Shown here one piece after another: positions 59,156 through 64,000 of a stretch of DNA of 64,000 nt. This DNA is from Patescibacteria group bacterium (lineage in GTDB: Bacteria > Patescibacteriota > UBA1384 > JACPKC01). The notes under the pieces were generated by a model. It searched no databases and was not told the origin of the DNA. It saw only the letters and a program-made list of their open reading frames with translations. Made by a program: the position numbers and the translations under genes. The DNA is taken from assembly GCA_050944875.1 (NCBI GenBank), contig JBMNRW010000001.1, forward strand, positions 12,526 to 76,525, given 5' to 3'. The stretch's first letter is position 1, and every line of letters starts with the position of its first letter.

Positions 59156-60241
59156 GTGGCCGCACTCGATACCGTCCAGCAGCTCGTCGACCTGCATGAC
59201 CGAGAGAACATGCTCCAGTCGATCCGGGATTTCCCGGACCAGATCGTCGACGCGTGGGAGCGATTCACCACGTTCGTCTTGCCGACGCACTACATCCAGG
59301 TCAAGGAAGTCGTCATCCTTGGCGTTGGTTCGAGTGCGATGGCGGCGGTGATGGCCTCGCGGTTCGCCGCCGAGGACAGTCGGATCCCGGTGATCCTCCA
59401 CACGACCAATACCCTACCTGGCCACGTCGACGACCGGACGCTCGTCATCGCGCTGTCCTACACTGGGCAGACCGAGGAGGTTGTCACTGCGTTTCGCGAC
59501 GCGGCTCGCCGCGGGGCGAAGCTCCTCGGTATTTCAACCGGTGGTGAAGTCGGCGCGATCTGCCGCAAGCACCGGGCGCCGCACTTTCAGATCCAGTACG
59601 GCGCACAGCCCCGGGCCGCGTTCGGGTACCTGTTCGTGCCGCTCTTAGCGACGCTCCACCGGCTCGCCTTTATCTCGAAGACTGTCGAGCGCGACCTGTC
59701 CGAAGCAGTCGTGGCGCTCCACGAATTGCAGGCGATGGTCGAACTTACCGTGCCGACCGTCCAAAACCCGGCCAAGCAGCTCGCCGAGAAGCTCGCCGGC
59801 GCGTTCCCGGTCATCGTCTCGTCGCACCTCTTGGCACCCGTCGCGCTTCGTTGGAAGCAGCAGTGCAACCAGAACGCGAAACACTTCGCTGCGGTCGAGC
59901 AAGTGCCCAACCTCACCCACGCCGCGGCGGCCGGGCTCGACTACCCGAAAGCGATCCAGCCCAACCTGCTCTTCCTCTACCTGCGGAGCGGGCACGACAC
60001 TGCGCAGGAGTCGCTCCAGCAGAACCTGTTCCAGACCATTCTGCGCCAGAACAAGCTCGCGAGCGAGGAGCTGGTCGCGAAGCCGCAGGGTTCGCTCCTC
60101 ACCGAGTTCCTGGTCTTAACGCACTGGGCGGACTACGTGAGCTACTACCTCGCACTCACGAACGGAGTTGACCCGACGCCAGTACCGCATATCATGGCTC
60201 TAAGGGAGCAGGAGGCGGCGGCACAAGGATTGCTCCGTTAG
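59156..60241 (+). CDS. Bifunctional phosphoglucose/phosphomannose isomerase homologue (double SIS), divergent
   Basis: SYTGQTEE, STGG, QPRAA, NPAKQLA, RWKQQCNQNAK, DYVSYYLA...VDPTPV. Confidence 0.85.
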   Translation: MAALDTVQQLVDLHDRENMLQSIRDFPDQIVDAWERFTTFVLPTHYIQVKEVVILGVGSSAMAAVMASRFAAEDSRIPVILHTTNTLPGHVDDRTLVIALSYTGQTEEVVTAFRDAARRGAKLLGISTGGEVGAICRKHRAPHFQIQYGAQPRAAFGYLFVPLLATLHRLAFISKTVERDLSEAVVALHELQAMVELTVPTVQNPAKQLAEKLAGAFPVIVSSHLLAPVALRWKQQCNQNAKHFAAVEQVPNLTHAAAAGLDYPKAIQPNLLFLYLRSGHDTAQESLQQNLFQTILRQNKLASEELVAKPQGSLLTEFLVLTHWADYVSYYLALTNGVDPTPVPHIMALREQEAAAQGLLR

Positions 60242-60260
60242 TGCGAACGAAGGAGGGGTA

Positions 60261-61466
60261 ATGAGCGCAATTCGAGCAGTCCGGGCGCGGACAATACTCG
60301 ACTCACGTGCCGGCTACACGCTCGAGGTTGATGTTCTCCTCGATGACGGGACGCTTGGGCGCGCAGCAGTGCCATCGGGCGCGAGCGCCGGCAGTCACGA
60401 GGCGGTGAAGCTCAGTGACACTACGCGGTCGGTGGCGAACGTGAAGACGGTCGGCGCGTTGCTCGTGGGCCATGACCCGGCGCAACAAGAAGCGATTGAC
60501 CGCATTCTCTTGGACGCGGACGGGACGGCGAACAAAGGTGAGCTCGGGGCGAACGTCTTACTCGCGCTGTCGCTCGCGAGCTGTGACGCTGCTGCACAGT
60601 CAGCAAAGACGCCGCTCTACGCCCATATCCACGCGCTGTCGGGTGGTACGGTAGCGCCGGCGCTGCCGACCCCCATGTTCAACGTGATTAACGGCGGGAA
60701 TCACGCGGATAATGCACTCGAGTTCCAGGAGTTCATGATCGTGCCGGCCCGTGATGAGCGGCCGTTCCACGAGAAGATGCGGCTTGGCGTCGCGCTCTTC
60801 CAGGAGCTTCGCCGCGTCCTTCAGGCTATGGGCCACTCGACCGCGGTCGGCGACGAAGGCGGGTTCGCGCCGCGCCTCAACTCGAACGAGGAAGCGATCG
60901 AGCTCCTTGTCCGCTCGTTCGAGGAGTCCCGGTTCCGGGCCAATGATGACGTGACAATCGCGTTGGACGTCGCAGCGAGCGCCATCCCCGACCTCGCACC
61001 GGTCATTTACCCGCACGACGTCTACTCGTACTACGCCAAGCTCGTCGACACCTACCCCATCTCGCTCATCGAGGATCCGCTCACCGAGGACGACTGGCAG
61101 GGTTGGACAAAGCTCACCGCCGCGCTTGGTTCACGTATCTCGATCGTCGGCGACGACCTCTTCACGACGAACCCAGCGCGCATCAAGCAAGGTATCGAAG
61201 TGAAGGCGGCGAACGGCCTGGTCGTGAAGCCGGACCAGATCGGGACGCTCACGGAGACACTGCAGGCGGTGCGACTCGCGCGGCAGGCAGGGATGTCCAT
61301 TGTGATCTCGCACCGGTCCGGTGAGACGGAATCGACGCTTATTGCCGACCTGGCTGTCGGTATTGGCGCCGAGTACATCAAGGCCGGCGCGCCTGCCCGC
61401 GGCGAGCGTGTCGCGAAGTACAACCAGCTGCTGCGCATCGAAGAGCTCATGCGCGAACAAGCCTGA
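60261..61466 (+). CDS. eno: Enolase, copy 2 (shorter, divergent)
   Basis: [45 protein letters not shown]. Confidence 0.93.
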   Translation: MSAIRAVRARTILDSRAGYTLEVDVLLDDGTLGRAAVPSGASAGSHEAVKLSDTTRSVANVKTVGALLVGHDPAQQEAIDRILLDADGTANKGELGANVLLALSLASCDAAAQSAKTPLYAHIHALSGGTVAPALPTPMFNVINGGNHADNALEFQEFMIVPARDERPFHEKMRLGVALFQELRRVLQAMGHSTAVGDEGGFAPRLNSNEEAIELLVRSFEESRFRANDDVTIALDVAASAIPDLAPVIYPHDVYSYYAKLVDTYPISLIEDPLTEDDWQGWTKLTAALGSRISIVGDDLFTTNPARIKQGIEVKAANGLVVKPDQIGTLTETLQAVRLARQAGMSIVISHRSGETESTLIADLAVGIGAEYIKAGAPARGERVAKYNQLLRIEELMREQA

Positions 61467-61473
61467 GGTGGTT

Positions 61474-63042
61474 ATGCGCAAACTTCTCCTCGTTATCTTC
61501 GACGGCTTCGGCCTCTCCCCTGCTACGAAGGGCAATGCAATCGCGGCAGCGGCAACGCCCACCCTCGATCGCCTCGTGAGCGAGTACCCGTACCTCGCGC
61601 TCACCGCGCACGGGCCAGAGGTCGGGTTGCGCTGGGGCGAGATGGGCAACTCGGACGTCGGCCACGCCAACCTTGGCGCCGGCCGGGTTGTCCTGCAGGA
61701 CGCGACGCGTATCACGCAGGCAATGGAGACCGGTGGCTTTGCGGACAACGAGGCGATCAAGGCGGCGTGCGAAGCTGCCCGCCAGCCCGGCCGGACGCTC
61801 CACATCGTAGGGCTCATCTCGGCCGGTGGCGTCCACGGCCACCTTGACCACCTCTGTGCTATCCTCGACGTGGCGAAGAGCGCGCAGGTGCCCTCAGTCG
61901 CCGTGCACTGCATTACCGACGGCCGCGACAGTCAGCCGAAAGACGCCGCGACGAAAGTGAAGCGTGTCCAGGACGCCGCGATGAAAACCGGAGCCCAGAT
62001 CGCCACGGTCATGGGTCGGTACTACGCTATGGACCGCGATCGCCGTTGGGATCGCACGAAGCAGGCGTACGAGGCGCTCGTCCTCCGGGCCGGTACGCAG
62101 GCGCCGACGCTCGAGGCCGCACTCCAGGCGGCGTACGGCGCGAACCAGAGCGATGAGTTCATCGAGCCGGTTGTTATCGGTGACGCGCCGGCGGTGAAGC
62201 CGGGCGACGTCGTCCTGATCACAAACTACCGCGCCGACCGTATGCGCCAGCTCGTGGCTGCGCTCGTCCAGCCGGGATTCCAGGAGTTCACCCGCAACGA
62301 TCTCGGCGTATCGCTTACGACCTTCACGGACTACCAGGTTGAAGGCGTCGAGGCGCAGGTCGCGTTCCCGCGCGAAACCGTCGACGAGTACTTTGGTGCC
62401 TGTGTCGCGGCGGCGAAGCTCCGCCAGCTGCACATTGGCGAGACGGAGAAGTACGCGCACGTGACGTACTTCTTCAACGGTAGTCACGAGGAGCCGCTGC
62501 CGGGTGAGAAGCGCGTCCTCGTCAACTCGCCGAAAGTCGCCACGTACGACGAGACGCCAGCGATGTCGGCGCGGGAGATCACGGCCGCGGCGATTGATGC
62601 GTATCGGGCAGAGAGCTTCGACGTTCTTATCGTGAACTACGCGAACGGTGACATGGTCGGCCACACGGGCAACGTCGAGGCAACGACCCAGGCAGTCCAG
62701 GTGCTCGATGAGTGTCTCGGGCAGCTCGTCGCTGAGGTTGAGGCCAGGGGGGATATTCTCCTCCTCACTGCCGACCATGGGAACGCCGAGCAGCTCATTC
62801 ACCCGGATACGGGCGACATCGACAAAGAGCACACGGCGAATCCCGTGCCGTTCGTCCTTGTCGACCCGAAGCGACGGGAGGCTGGCCTCAAGGAAGACGC
62901 GAAACTCGTCTTTATAAGTACCGCACCGATCGGCATCCTCGCTGATGTCGCGCCAACGGCGCTCGACCTCCTTGGGATTCCGGTGCCGGACGTTATGACA
63001 GGCAAGAGCTTGGTTCGTGAATTCCGTAACCGCGTCTCGTAG
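61474..63042 (+). CDS. gpmI: 2,3-bisphosphoglycerate-independent phosphoglycerate mutase, copy 1
   Basis: FDGFG, GNSDVGH, DGRD, GRYYAMDRD, ETEKYAHVT, DMVGHTG, ADHGN. Confidence 0.96.
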   Translation: MRKLLLVIFDGFGLSPATKGNAIAAAATPTLDRLVSEYPYLALTAHGPEVGLRWGEMGNSDVGHANLGAGRVVLQDATRITQAMETGGFADNEAIKAACEAARQPGRTLHIVGLISAGGVHGHLDHLCAILDVAKSAQVPSVAVHCITDGRDSQPKDAATKVKRVQDAAMKTGAQIATVMGRYYAMDRDRRWDRTKQAYEALVLRAGTQAPTLEAALQAAYGANQSDEFIEPVVIGDAPAVKPGDVVLITNYRADRMRQLVAALVQPGFQEFTRNDLGVSLTTFTDYQVEGVEAQVAFPRETVDEYFGACVAAAKLRQLHIGETEKYAHVTYFFNGSHEEPLPGEKRVLVNSPKVATYDETPAMSAREITAAAIDAYRAESFDVLIVNYANGDMVGHTGNVEATTQAVQVLDECLGQLVAEVEARGDILLLTADHGNAEQLIHPDTGDIDKEHTANPVPFVLVDPKRREAGLKEDAKLVFISTAPIGILADVAPTALDLLGIPVPDVMTGKSLVREFRNRVS

Positions 63043-63062
63043 CTACACGGAAGGGGTACCGC

Positions 63063-64000
63063 ATGGCGAAACCAGCAGTCACTGACCTGCGGTCTGGGAC
63101 GGGTCCAGTCGTCCTCCTTATTCTTGACGGCTGGGGGTTGTCGCCGAGTTGGTCGGGGAACGCGATCGCGCTTAACGACCCGCCGACGTTTTCGTACCTC
63201 TGGAAGTACTACCCGCACGCCGTCCTTCAGGCGTTCCGCAAGGTCCCGGGCGTTACCAGTGCAGTCGGCTCGTCAGAGATCGGCCACGCGTCCATCGGAT
63301 CCGGCCGACTCATCGAACAGGACCTGGTCGAGATCAACCGGATGATCGACGACGGGCAGTTCTTCGCGAATCCAACGCTCATCGCTGCGTTCGATCAAGC
63401 CATGGCACAAGGGAAGGCTGTTCACCTGACCGGGCTCCTCTCTGACGGCGGCGTGCACGGCGACCACCGTCATGCCCATGCGCTCGTCCGGCTTGCGCGG
63501 CAACGCGGCGTGACGAAGCTCTGGCTCCACCCCATCCTGGACGGCCGCGATGTCGAGCTGCGTTCGGCGCACCGATACGTCGACGAGCTCGAACGCGTCC
63601 TCGCCGTCGAGGGGATTGGACGGATCGCGACGGTGGCCGGTCGGTACTACGCTATGGACAAAGGCGAGTACTGGGATCGGACTGCACTCACCTACGAGGG
63701 CATGGTGTTCGGCCATGGCCGACATTCCTCGAGCGCGCACGCTGCGGTTACCGAGGCGTACGACCAAGGCCTGGACGATGAGCACGTCAGACCGACGGTC
63801 CTCGCGCCAACCGGAACGCTAGCGCCTGGCGACGTCGTCGTTCACTGGAACTTCCGCGCAGACCGCGGTCGCCAGCTCGTTCAGGCGCTCATGGACCGGT
63901 CGGCTTTTCGTGCGTTTCCGTTCCGGCGGCGCTACCCACTCGCCGGCGTCAGCGTTGTCACGCTTACCGACTACCACCTCGAGCTCCCGCAGTGCCAAGT
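63063..64000 (+). CDS. gpmI: 2,3-bisphosphoglycerate-independent phosphoglycerate mutase, copy 2, truncated by window end
   Basis: Not in ORF track; by hand: LLILDGWG, GSSEIGH, DGGVHG, DGRD, GRYYAMD, NFRADR. Confidence 0.9.
   Translation, partial: MAKPAVTDLRSGTGPVVLLILDGWGLSPSWSGNAIALNDPPTFSYLWKYYPHAVLQAFRKVPGVTSAVGSSEIGHASIGSGRLIEQDLVEINRMIDDGQFFANPTLIAAFDQAMAQGKAVHLTGLLSDGGVHGDHRHAHALVRLARQRGVTKLWLHPILDGRDVELRSAHRYVDELERVLAVEGIGRIATVAGRYYAMDKGEYWDRTALTYEGMVFGHGRHSSSAHAAVTEAYDQGLDDEHVRPTVLAPTGTLAPGDVVVHWNFRADRGRQLVQALMDRSAFRAFPFRRRYPLAGVSVVTLTDYHLELPQCQ

Overview
High-GC bacterial chromosome segment with no phage, transposase or CRISPR array. It is most likely from a Patescibacteria (CPR) genome; this is inferred from the direct-repeat GAAC-N7-GAAC LexA-type operators, sortases, a short RelA/SpoT ending after TGS, a stand-alone MetRS C-terminal domain and the lack of amino-acid biosynthesis operons. 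Housekeeping content: nrdR-nrdJ with tandem NrdR boxes, ftsA-ftsZ, HIT-rpsU-yqeY-ybeY, rarA, cell-wall genes (SLT, CHAP, DUF3048, bactofilin-like, LytR_C), an SOS cassette (small ORF-dinB-lexA), nusA-clpC-relA-hisS-trmH, a murA-mreB-GT4-NUDIX-xseAB-exonuclease-dtd-NDT-ppiB-tagA run, tRNA-Leu(CAA), dus, typA, tRNA-Ala(CGC), and a redundant lower-glycolysis region (2 enolases, 1 dPGM, 2 iPGM, degenerate PGI/PMI and HAD). The best candidate for an undescribed system is 43.4-50.1 kb. Two sortases flank three secreted proteins built from one ~70-aa Asn/Thr/Gly/Asp-rich beta-repeat (2, 3 and 4 copies). Two of these have membrane anchors and one has none, and a subtilisin follows. A fourth, Arg-rich single-repeat homologue sits alone at 6.5 kb. 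This suggests a sortase-anchored beta-solenoid or amyloid-like surface fibre. Other notable items are a LexA-type operator inside the first codons of leaderless rarA, an unknown three-gene operon with a degenerate J-domain and an in-frame TGA, two more single-lesion broken genes, and a Cys-to-Asp MurA. All family calls come from reading motifs by eye; no searches were run.
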